Below, in pieces: positions 14,501-23,765 of a DNA stretch of 64,000 nt. This stretch comes from Nemertoderma westbladi (lineage: Eukaryota > Animalia > Xenacoelomorpha), in the NCBI GenBank assembly GCA_032718475.1, contig JAUCBJ010000941.1, positions 26,043-90,042 of the forward strand, written 5' to 3'. The stretch's first letter is position 1, and each line of letters opens with the position of its first letter. The notes beneath the pieces are model-generated. The model did no database searches. It was not told the DNA's origin and was given only the letters and a program-made list of their open reading frames with translations. Both the position numbers and the translations under genes were made by a program.

Positions 14501-17500
14501 TCCACCACAATATTGAAGAGGAAGTGGTCTAATGTCTCCTTGAAGGACCCCAGCGAACCTCAAATGGGTCTGTGTCTCCATCGGTGATGGATACAAAGGT
14601 CGTGGAACCGTCATAAACAGATCTGATTGCATTAGTGATCTCATTGGGAATCCCATATGCCAAAAGAATTTGGAACATGCGTGGGAGTTCACAGAACGAA
14701 GGCTTTGAAGAAGTCCTGAAATAAGTCCTCTTTCTTTGTAGACACTTCTTCAATAATCCTTGGATGGCATCAACGGCACCTTTACCTTTTCGAAACCCAT
14801 TCTGAATCCCACGGAACACATTAATTGATAAATTTAATTTATTTTTTCTCACGAGAATAATAAACTAAAATCACGAACAATGCTTAAATTATATATTCAA
14901 CAAAAATCAAATTAATTGTATATTCACAAAAAGGGATTGAAGCCAGTGATCTTCATTTTAACTTCGGAACTATATTATTCGCTAGCATTATTTGCCTGAG
15001 CTGTTTTGTTCTTGTTAATTCTTTATAGAGCTACAACTTTTATTGATTAATATGGTCGGGGCCGGGCGAACTCAACACTAACTAATTATAACACATCAAT
15101 AATATTATATTAGGTACATAAGATTAATTAAGATCAAATTGCCAAACGAACCTGTCTAAAGAAAACAACTGTTGTAATAATTTGTTGAGCTTCGTCCTGT
15201 AATTGCAAAAAAATATCATTTAATTTGGAAATAAATAAATATAATTAGTAGACACTATACAATAATTCACAGTGTTAGTATAAAAAAATTTAATAAATAA
15301 ATAAATAAAATAAATTAATCTTCCCGATTCTTTATTAAGGGTAGACAGAGAGTTTTGCGCGGGAAAGTTCAAACTTTGAAGGCAAATAATAATTATCGCC
15401 TACAATTATTGTGGCTAATTGTGTCTTTCGTGAAATTAAGATTATCCCTGGTGGTCGCTACAGGGCGAAGTAATATGTCAAGCCTTTTAGAAGACCACAA
15501 GGTCGAGGTGGGAGTGGGTCTGTACCCCCCCCCCCCCCCCCCACCCCCAACTTTAAATCAGTAAAAATTTGACTTACCATTTCCAGAACTCTCCTCAGGG
15601 CCAACTGTATTTGAACCAATACCGGCCCCGTACCGGTTATTGTGGGTTTCATAAGGTATGAGTAAGTAGACTCATCCAACAGCATGTTGGTTAATCTTGT
15701 ATACGCGGCCAGTTTAGATAAACCTAATCAAATCAATTGCGAATAGCGAATAAATAGGGCCTAAGGCAATAAATTGTGGTGCGAGGCAGCCACGTACTAA
15801 TCGAAGCGGTGGCCTCACGATGCGAGGCAGCCACGTACTAATCGAAGCGCTGGCCTCACGATAAAAAAGCAGCTATTTTACCTGCCGAAAACGAACTGAT
15901 TAATTTTCCTATCGAGCTTCTGCCATCAAGGTTAATTACACATCAAGAAAAGGAAATTTACCTATTTTTCGTGAAGGACAAGGCACAATCATAATCTTAA
16001 AATGTAATTCATTGACTTCCCCCCTCTAGAAATCACTGCATCTCAAAGTCTAAGTGAAATCTACAGTGTTTACGAGTTCCGCGTCTCCCAGTACCGACCA
16101 TTGATCGAACGGGCCGATTTCCATTTCGGCTCGGCTCGGCTCTACATTATCCCGCCATCCGGGTTGCCGCATTTCTCACGACTCGTCTCCATATGGGCAG
16201 CTATCCATGAGGTAGAATGCGCGGCTAGATGCACGGCTCGCTTCAGGTATAGTTTACGATAAGATATAATCAATACTTTGTTGGCAGGAGTACGGTCTGA
16301 TAAAGCTGTCCCGTGTAGTGTCACTATTGTTCCACTCCCATCGGGACAAAAGGTTAAGTCTTGAATTCTTAAATACTAAAGTTTCATGCCCGGTACTATG
16401 TACCTCACGTTGTCTTGGATGTCTGTTTGATTGTTACGATAAGTTCCATTGGGGAGTAAGACCCGCCACCTGCGCTCAAGTTCGACCGCGAATGTCACCA
16501 GGAGAGATAGGTTCCAGGAGAAATAGGCCTCGTAACAGAAAGGATCAGGTTTGTAAAGTTGCATGACACAGAGGAAGCGTTCACGCAACCAAACTAACAA
16601 ACGAAAGTTAACAGGTTAGTAAAGGACCAATTACCAAAGGATCTAAATGACGCGTTACCATTTAAAGCTGCAGTGGGACCTAATGCGAAAGGTAGGTAGG
16701 TTATTTTTAGTAAAAATGGATTAAATTTTTATAATTTCTAGGGAAATGTGATGATTACATGTAATGGATGCAAAATTAATAGTAGTTATTATTTTAAGTG
16801 GAAATACAATTAAACATAAATAGTGGAGAATAAACTATTCCAAAATAAATATATTCGACTAATTTTCTGATTTGAAATGGAACAATAAATAATTCTGTTT
16901 ACGAGTTCCTGGTTACGAATCTGAGTGACCAGTTACATATTGTTGTAGACAAAATACGTTTTAAATATTTATTTTCTCCTAAATCTTTTCATTTTCCTAC
17001 ATTTTAGAACTTTCTAAAATAATAATTTTGTTTATTAATATATAATTTCAATCATGAAGTGAAAAATTAGCGCCACAATATGATGGTTATATACACTTAT
17101 TCAGTTAAAATTATAATTATATTTTTAATTGACAAACCTTTATATTTGCAGACGTATGAATTATTTGTGTCGTCAGAACAATCTGAGTATCCCATTATTA
17201 CTGGCGGGTTTTGAGATATATCTAAATCCTGTTGACATCCTTCGAATTGGCCAAGTCTACTCCAAGAAAACTTTGAATCCTAGAAAAATATAAAATAATT
17301 GTAAACCCAGCGACAGTGTTGAGAGTTTGATAAACCATGTTGCAACGCAGACGAGAACACCGCAAAGATAAAACTCGGAAAAAATGTTATAATCCCATAC
17401 ATTTCTAAAGGGGTCATTTTTTCCGTCAGGACAAAAAGGGTAACCTTAAGGGGGGTGGGGGGTGGTGGGGTGGTGGTGGTATACCACTAAAACTAAACTA

Positions 17501-20470
17501 AAGGTAAACTTAATTAAAAGTAAACTAATTTATTTCTTGTATTTTGTTGATTATTTATAAGTTGCAACTTAAAAACAAAAGAAGGAAAATATTTAAAAAA
17601 TTAAAAAACATTTTGAGGACGACATTGCTTACTCATATGGTTCGATTGTAATAATATACAGGTACTAATATTCCCCTGATACTTACCATTGTGGTTCCAT
17701 CAGACCAAGTGTTTCTGTTTTTTAGAATATTCACCCAAATCTTTGATAATCCTTTGCTCTCCAATAATTCTAAAAAAATAACGAAAATTTTAAATTTGTA
17801 AGGTGCGGGTGCGGTTGGGTATCATAACATAACAGAACTTAACGCAAACCTCTTGAACTAATTAAAAACTATAATGGAATGGGATGTGGGCTTTCCAGCT
17901 GTATAATAATTTGTAAGTATATACAATTAATTTACTAAATGTACTCTTATAAATTTATTATAATAGAAAATAATTAATTACCATGAATGAACACGCTTAA
18001 AATGCCATCTTTTACATACTTGTGTGTAACGTAGCACTTTACAGTGTGATGATCCGAGTGGCTTTGTTACACGAACGAACGTTAGTGAGTGAGTGAAAAT
18101 AAAGCCACGAGGATCTGAACACTGTAAAAGTACTTTGCAACAAGTATGTATGTAGTTTTATTCCAAAATTATAACATTACGAAATGATTGTATATATATT
18201 ATAAGTGATAGAAACTGCACAAATTAAATTAGTTGCTGTATAAATAAATGTAAAAATGACATAAATTATGTTATAAATAAGTTAGCTTATACTTTATTTG
18301 GAGCCATGTTATAATGATATAGCTAGGCCCTACTGGTTATTAATAGCTATACCGCCTACCGGTAGGTATTGCAGTAGCCCTATCTGGCTGTCAGGCAAAT
18401 TTCCACCTATTGTTTACGTGGTAACCCATATCGACATTAAGTAATGTCCCCTTAGTAGACATTACTTAACGCCGCCAATGGTTTCCACGTAAACAATAAC
18501 ACCAATACAATACTAATTGGACAGGCCAATACAATGCTGCAATGTCCTCTAAAGTTGTAAAGTGCTAAATAACAACTCGCTGTTAATACTAACGGCGATG
18601 AGTAATGTTACAATTTTGGAATAAAATATATTTATTAATAATAAGATAACAAAAACAGACAGGACAAAAACAATGAACGTAGGACTGGCCCACCTTTAAT
18701 AAAGTCAGCCTCCCCTTGCTCTTCATTATTGATAGTAAGCAAACTCGCATCGTAAAGTTCACAAGCCGATGCGGCCCCTGTGTATGTTAAGGCGGATTCA
18801 AATAGTTTGTAACAGTAGCCCTCGTAAAGTTGCCAACCCTCCAGACATTCAACTGCAGGTAAACAATTATTGTTAACAATAAATATAAGTACTAGTCTTA
18901 AAAAATAATGATTTATTCGGCCATTAAGCCAGGGATTACAAACAAAATTAGTCTCACGACTAATTTCCAGCCAAAATGTATCAGGTACTCATTTAGCTAC
19001 CATTTAAAGATGTAATGCAGAGATGCGGCGGCTGCGACCTGGCTGGTTCCTTTATAGCATTCGTGCCGAAACGAAAACTACCCAGCCCCCCACCCCCCCC
19101 CCCATGCGGGGACCGAACTCAGAAGATATTCGAACCGATTAAAATCCTAAATTTATTTTCGATAGTGTAGTTTAGTTTAATAACGTAGGAGAAACAAAGC
19201 TAGATACATGATGCGTTAATTTTACAATCTTGATACGCATGGCAGATGTTATTTTGTGATTTCCAATCACAACTAATAGAATACGCACTGTTATAAGACT
19301 TAAAGTTCCCTGAAAATTATAAGAGATTTTGAAGATATCCGATAATTTGTATATTCCGTGCCGAGTTCAAGTTTGAGTGCGAATATTGTAGCGGGGCATA
19401 AAGTGGGTTCATACACTGATCTTATCCTGACCTTATGATATCATACAATTCAACCATTCGTTAAACTATACAATAGTTGGAAAAAGGTTTGTAAATTAAT
19501 TTGAAATTCGGTCGGTATCAGATAGGGTATATTTCGAAAACTATTCTCAAAACTTTGTGGTCGCAAACGAGCCCCCCCCCTCACCCCCCGGGGGGGGGGG
19601 GGGGGGGGGGGGGGGGAATTGCGCGCATTCCACACATCCGAAAATTCAGTGTTGCTTCTGGAGCCTGTACTCTGTACTCTGTAGTCTCACAAAGCTGTAC
19701 TCTGTGAGTTATAAAGGCATATAAAAGGATAAATAAACAGTTCTGCCCTGCCCTTCATGCCATACCCACCATTAAAGCGGAAAATTTGAATTCATCAAAG
19801 AACAAACAAGTTTCTGAATGTTGTTTTTCTAAATAGCTATTGTATATGAACGAAATTCAAAACAGATCACTCGCACTCAATAATTAATTTGAATAATTAA
19901 TTAATATTGACTTAAATTAAATATAAAATACTCAAGAACATTATTCCTACATCATTATATTTTTCTTAAAATTGCATTGCATAAAATTTACAGATAGGGG
20001 GGGGGGGGGGGGGGGGGGACTTTCGACGCAAGCAAAATTAATCCCTCTCCAGGGCAATTCTAAGCAAATATTAATTGTTTACTCCCAAAAGTAAAGGTGT
20101 AACCTGTTCTATTGACTTTAGTTTATTGCTTTGGTTAGAATAATGTGCCAGGTGCCACTGTAACCTGCTCCTTTCCCAAAATTGATAATTTAAAATTGAG
20201 GCAGGACAATAATTCGCCGAGATTAGATTTGCTACCAGTTACCCTCCTGTCTCAAAAATTAAGACGCAATTTTCCTAATGTTATTGTGAAAAGTGTAGGT
20301 TTTTGAATAATATTGAATAATATAAGCTATTCAGTATTTTTGTGTAATAAGTTTCACTTACCTAATGGTCTGTTATCTATTGCCTCAAACTTTTCAAGCT
20401 CCTCATTAGTATACTCACAAACAGCAATAAGTGCTGATGAAAACAACAAAATATATCCAAAAAATAACAT
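2331..20470 (-). CDS. Multi-exon gene (3'-partial): signal peptide + C-type lectin-like domain + Cys-loop nicotinic acetylcholine receptor alpha subunit (alpha9/alpha10-like)
   Basis: Manually assembled exons 20362-20470, 18694-18852, 17687-17769, 17138-17279, 15578-15723, 15152-15196, 10721-10830, 9813-10071, 4395-4571, 2745-2841, 2331-2527. All introns are GT..AG with phases 1,1,0,1,0,0,2,0,0,1. They join into 1524 nt = 508 codons with no stop. The product has the Cys-loop [15 protein letters not shown], loop C YDCC, and M1-M3. M4 was not found in the window. Confidence 0.88.
2745..2841 (-). CDS. Exon 10: pore-lining M2 and M2-M3 loop
   Basis: [32 protein letters not shown]; acceptor ctgtag|, donor G|GTTAGT. 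Confidence 0.97.
3001..4302. repeat. 12-bp minisatellite (ACATCTACGGCC/T)n in receptor intron 9
   Basis: Directly visible over about 1.3 kb; it explains the TSTA/VDVA/GHIY pseudo-ORFs. Confidence 0.97.
4395..4571 (-). CDS. Exon 9: loop C (YDCC) and M1
   Basis: [59 protein letters not shown]. Vicinal cysteines mark an alpha subunit; GEK marks the cation-selective M1-M2 linker. Confidence 0.97.
4581..9587. repeat. 31-bp minisatellite (CAATGGATCCCAGGGTATCGCATCCTATACA)n, about 5 kb, in receptor intron 8
   Basis: Directly visible; GGATCC in most units; recurring shorter variants (GGTAGATCTCC). Confidence 0.97.
9813..10071 (-). CDS. Exon 8: loop E, Cys-loop, loop B and loop F
   Basis: ...[70 protein letters not shown]. 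Has the C-x13-C Cys-loop with FPFD and the NGEW motif. Confidence 0.97.
10721..10830 (-). CDS. Exon 7 (110 nt): [36 protein letters not shown], loop A
   Basis: Canonical W.D..L.W.P...GGI....P...W.PDI motif; TAG| acceptor, |GTAAGT donor, phase 2. Confidence 0.95.
12045..13170. repeat. GC-rich ~54-56-bp minisatellite (GGACCCAGCAACATAGCGCCCCAGATCTCGCGGTCAGCCACACACAGTGCCGGC) in intron 6
   Basis: About 20 copies, some internally deleted; directly abuts the LINE fragment. Confidence 0.93.
13170..14700 (-). mobile_element. Decayed non-LTR retrotransposon (LINE) reverse transcriptase fragment, interrupted by a MITE
   Basis: Frameshifted RT motifs [11 protein letters not shown]..., GVLQGD, ...[34 protein letters not shown]. 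Confidence 0.8.
13874..14434. mobile_element. Palindromic MITE with long imperfect terminal inverted repeats
   Basis: TATTTATCTTAGTTAAAATCCCTAAAACAGTAGGTCTAGCG... is mirrored by ...CGCTAGACCTACTGTTTTAGGGACTCTAACTAAGATAAATA; the arms pair over roughly 250 bp. Confidence 0.85.
15152..15196 (-). CDS. Exon 6 (45 nt): [15 protein letters not shown], loop D region
   Basis: Acceptor ttacag|, donor CAG|GT. Equivalent of the conserved DEKNQxxTTNxWLxQ 45-nt exon of nAChR genes. Confidence 0.88.
15578..15723 (-). CDS. Exon 5: nAChR extracellular domain N-terminus
   Basis: (G)[48 protein letters not shown]; phase-1 acceptor and ATG|GTAAGT donor. Matches the RL...LL...Y...(R/K)P...V.V pattern of Cys-loop receptors. 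Confidence 0.9.
17138..17279 (-). CDS. Exon 4: C-type lectin-like domain, C-terminal part
   Basis: Acceptor tttttctag|, donor AAG|GT. Translates [47 protein letters not shown], supplying the last three CTLD cysteines and the YVCK end motif. Confidence 0.85.
17687..17769 (-). CDS. Exon 3: C-type lectin-like domain, middle part
   Basis: Acceptor tttttttag|, donor ATG|GTAAGT. Translates (E)[27 protein letters not shown], with a WIGL-equivalent (WVNI) and the WSDG motif. Confidence 0.88.
18016..18625. mobile_element. Unclassified non-autonomous element with a terminal hairpin plus inverted repeat (Crypton-like architecture), in intron 2
   Basis: ~130-bp hairpin at 18016-18147 (ATACTTG...TTTACAGTGT...GTGGCTTT / AAAGCCAC...ACACTGTAAA...CAAGTAT), plus IR TTATTCCAAAATTATAACATTAC (about 18158) versus GTAATGTTACAATTTTGGAATAA (about 18602). 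Confidence 0.55.
18694..18852 (-). CDS. Exon 2: C-type lectin-like domain, N-terminal part
   Basis: Acceptor ctgcag|, donor AAG|GT. Translates (V)[52 protein letters not shown], the long-form CTLD start (C-x2-GW...CY...A-x3-C...L-x2-I...E-x2-FI). Confidence 0.9.
18918..19120 (-). mobile_element. tRNA-derived SINE, family B (partial)
   Basis: Similar to 52141-52421 (GCCAGGGATTAC...GTACTCATTTAGCTACC...GCATTCGTGCCGAAACGAAAACT). Confidence 0.65.
20362..20470 (-). CDS. Exon 1: signal peptide/leader [36 protein letters not shown]
   Basis: ATG at 20470, hydrophobic N-terminus, strong donor G|GTAAGT, phase 1 matching the next exon. Confidence 0.75.
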
Positions 20471-21017
20471 AATAAAATATTTAAAAATAGTTTTATATAC
20501 GTAAATTGAGAATAAAACCGAAATATTTGTACCAATGTAGTTACAGTTCTTGGTAGAGGCTAACAGCTGATGGAAGTGAGTCGGAAATTACTTAATTCCT
20601 GTTGGTTGATAGCAGGGAGCACTTACTTACTCAGTACCCTGTCTGTACTCAGTACTGTTGTAGTTAATTTTACTCCGTGAAGGATTAAGGGGTGGGTGGG
20701 GGGAGATGGGTGTCATTCGTTATGTATGTGCTTTCATATATTATATTTTTTAATCAACACAAACAGTTGTGTGGGAAATCAAGCGAATGGTCGAGAACCC
20801 ATAACGCACAATCTCCCAAAACAGAGGGGATCAACCCCACCAATATCTAAGCCAAGGGTTTTTGGAAAAAATATAAATATACATACATCAAAAAGCCACG
20901 TATAGAATTAGAAAAGACATGTAGACACTAGTCAGTAGTGGCGTAAATAGGATTTGCGATGGGGGTGGGCAAACACAAAAATAAATTTTTTAAAACACCA
21001 ATAATTGGAGTGTGTGT

Positions 21018-21307
21018 GCAAAGGTATAGCACATGAAGACAGAAGACAATGATAGGTGCGTAAACGTATAGCACATGAAGACAGAAGACAATGATAGGTG
21101 CGCAAACGTATAGCACATGAAGACAGAAGACAATGATAGGTGCGCAAAGGTATAGCACATGAAGACAGAAGACAATGATAGGTGCGCAAACGTATAGCAC
21201 ATGAAGACAGAAGACAATGATAGGTGCGCAAACGTATAGCACATGAAGACAGAAGACAATGATAGGTGCGCAAACGTATAGCACATGAAGACAGAAGACA
21301 ATGATAG
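21018..21307. repeat. 42-bp tandem repeat, about 7 copies, ~550 bp upstream of the receptor ATG
   Basis: (GCAAACGTATAGCACATGAAGACAGAAGACAATGATAGGTGC)n. Confidence 0.95.
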
Positions 21308-22070
21308 GAGGACATTATAGCGTATGAAGGTACGGCTATATATAGTGGAATGCGGCTCAAGAGATCGAAATTAAAATTTATACAACATTTATACTGAAAC
21401 AAATTTATACTGGATATATTATTACATTTTTATATTACAGTAGTACTCAATTTATAATTTTTAATATTTTTAATTTTTAATTAATTTATTTATTATTTCT
21501 AATTTTTAATTAATTTATTTATTATTTTTATTTATTTTTTTGGTATTTTTGTGACGTGCCTCCGGTTGCGGTATACCTAATAAAGCCGTTGCCCCTCACG
21601 CATCCCCTGGTTACGCACTGATTAGGAAGGTTGTATTATTTTTAAACGAATCTTTCTAAAGATCAGCACGATAATCCGATGTATACAAGTTATTTTGTAC
21701 CATCCACCAGCATTTTATCGATTTATGAAATTGTTAAGATCGATCCCCAAAGTGTATTGTTCGGTAAGTAGGGCGCTACCCAGGGAAGTCAGTCACAGAT
21801 GGCTGGATTTATTAGTACGAGAGCAAAACTGGAAGCCCACATTACAATACATTGCAATACACACTAAGTTTTATATTGCTAAAGCCATGTTCTGTAAACA
21901 ACTAGCGCACTGTTGAGTATGACAGCCCCACCAGAAAGCGAGCGGTAAATGAGCTTGGTAACTGGTACGGCCACTGTGAACGCAGGTAATTGAGCGGTAA
22001 GTCGGTAGTATTTTGACTGCAGCGCCAGTATACCCCTAATTATCATCAGTTTTCTTTTGGTACAGCTATT

Positions 22071-22161
22071 CAAATTCGGCAATGACGTCCTCCAGGTGGG
22101 ATCGAACTGGTGACCTCCGGGTTGGAAGTCTGACGCTCTAACCATTCCGCTAGGGGCTCAG
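22071..22161 (-). mobile_element. tRNA-derived SINE, family A, head
   Basis: Reverse strand CTGAGCCCCTAGCGGAATGGTTAGAGCGTCAGACTTCCAACCCGGAGGTCACCAGTTCGATCCCACC carries Pol III A and B boxes. Confidence 0.75.
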
Positions 22162-22357
22162 GTAATAGGTAGACCTGGAAATACTACCTGATACCTCGTA
22201 TGTCCGCAATTAACCTCCTCGTGGCCTCCCATCTGTCAATACCATCATCTTAATGATGATGGTATCCAATGGTATCATCTTAATGATGATGGTATTCCAT
22301 ACCCTCATCTTAATGATGGCATTGACAGATGAGAGGCGAGGAGGACGTAAATTGAAT

Positions 22358-22505
22358 GGCTTGACGGAATGGTTAGACTTCCAACACTAGAGGTCACAAG
22401 TTCGATCCCACCTGGATGTCATTGCCGACTTTGTAAAGCTGTGCCCAACGAAAGGGATAATAATATGAAACCACTCATTCACACAAAACACCAGAATAGC
22501 AATAA
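22358..22505 (+). mobile_element. tRNA-derived SINE, family A
   Basis: CGGAATGGTTAGA...GTTCGATCCCACCTGGATGTCATTGCCGACTTTG...; the body is shared with the 23407 copy. Confidence 0.7.
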
Positions 22506-22879
22506 TTATGATTACTATACATCCAAATACCCTTTGTCCTTATTGGCGGCCATTAAGGACACTTAATAAAGACCTCAATATACAGGGTGAAAACTTTATC
22601 GTCAACTGGAGTTACTGTGAAGAAATCAAAAAATCGATTTGTCATTTAAAGTCATCAGAAGCTAAATTGCAAACTTTGTATTTTAATCGGATTGGACATA
22701 AATTGTGTGTCCTGAATATAGATGGCCACTGAAGCTGTTATCTATTTGGAGTATAAATAAACAGGGCATTAGCATTTAGCCTCCTGTTTAAGGTTTTTTA
22801 GTGGATGTAATACAAATTTCTAAAAAGTTGCCCTACCCCCACCCAACATTATCTACCCCCAATCGGTGGTAGTAAAAAT

Positions 22880-23360
22880 AACGGAAACCACCAATACACT
22901 GTGATGCACCTCGACTTTGCTGATGATCTGGGTTTAATGTTGGAAACATTGGTTGTGTACATTAACATGGAAAGACAACTCAGCAACCTAGAACATGCAG
23001 CATCCAATGTTTGTATATTTGTAAATGCCACGAAGACCAAAATGTTAACTGTAAACTTGTTTCCCCCAGTCATTGACGGTTAGTGTGTTCAGTCGTTGGC
23101 CTGAGTTGAGTAGAAGGAGACTTTTACTGGAAGGAGACTTTTGCTACATAGGCTCTGGGATACAAGAATCAGCTAAAGAATATGCAAGGCGGGGTTGCAT
23201 TGAATAAACTATCAAGGGGTTTGGATTCACCTGGAAACAAACCTGATCTGGAAGTAAATTTATTCCGGGTAGCAGTAGAGCCTGTGCTGCTGCTATACTG
23301 TAGTAGTCATCTTACTGCAGAATACACCGATACCTTGACGGCCAGGTACAGTAGGATTGA
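22880..23360 (+). mobile_element. Decayed LINE RT fragment
   Basis: HLDFADDLGLM (RT catalytic YADD/FADD motif), NATKTKML, LFRVAVEPVLL; stops and frameshifts. Confidence 0.75.
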
Positions 23361-23406
23361 GCGGACACACGAGGTATCAGGTAGTATTTCCAGGTCTATC
23401 TTTTAC

Positions 23407-23582
23407 CTGAGCCGCTAGCTGAATGGTTAGAGCGTCAGACTTCCAACCCGGAGGTCACCAGTTCAATCTCACCTGGACGTCATTACCGACTTTGCAAAGG
23501 TGTGCCCAACGAAAGTTAAATAGGCCCAGTAAAAGTTATAATAATATTAAACCACTCATTCACCCATAACACCAATAATAAA
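23407..23582 (+). mobile_element. tRNA-derived SINE, family A
   Basis: CTGAGCCGCTAGCTGAATGGTTAGAGCGTCAGACTTCCAACCCGGAGGTCACCAGTTCAATCTC... followed by a non-tRNA body and an AT-rich tail. Confidence 0.75.
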
Positions 23583-23765
23583 TTATAAAAAATATACCGG
23601 TCGCATTTCTCTATGGGTGTAACTATCCTACCTAAATTAGTAATTAGAGTGCATAATTAATCATTGTGGCCATGATGGTTCATGGTTAATATACACTACC
23701 CCTTCATTGTAGCGAGTGGTATGGTTAAAGAGGGCCAAGTACGGTAGGATTTAAAATTAAACATT

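Noticed and set aside
20085-20260. Sequence shared with about 28312-28445 as a conserved regulatory element
   Set aside because: The second copy interrupts a Gypsy remnant, so it is most simply a short dispersed repeat.
22071-23480. tRNA genes
   Set aside because: A/B boxes are present, but the acceptor and anticodon stems do not pair properly and the copies share a non-tRNA body, so these are SINEs.
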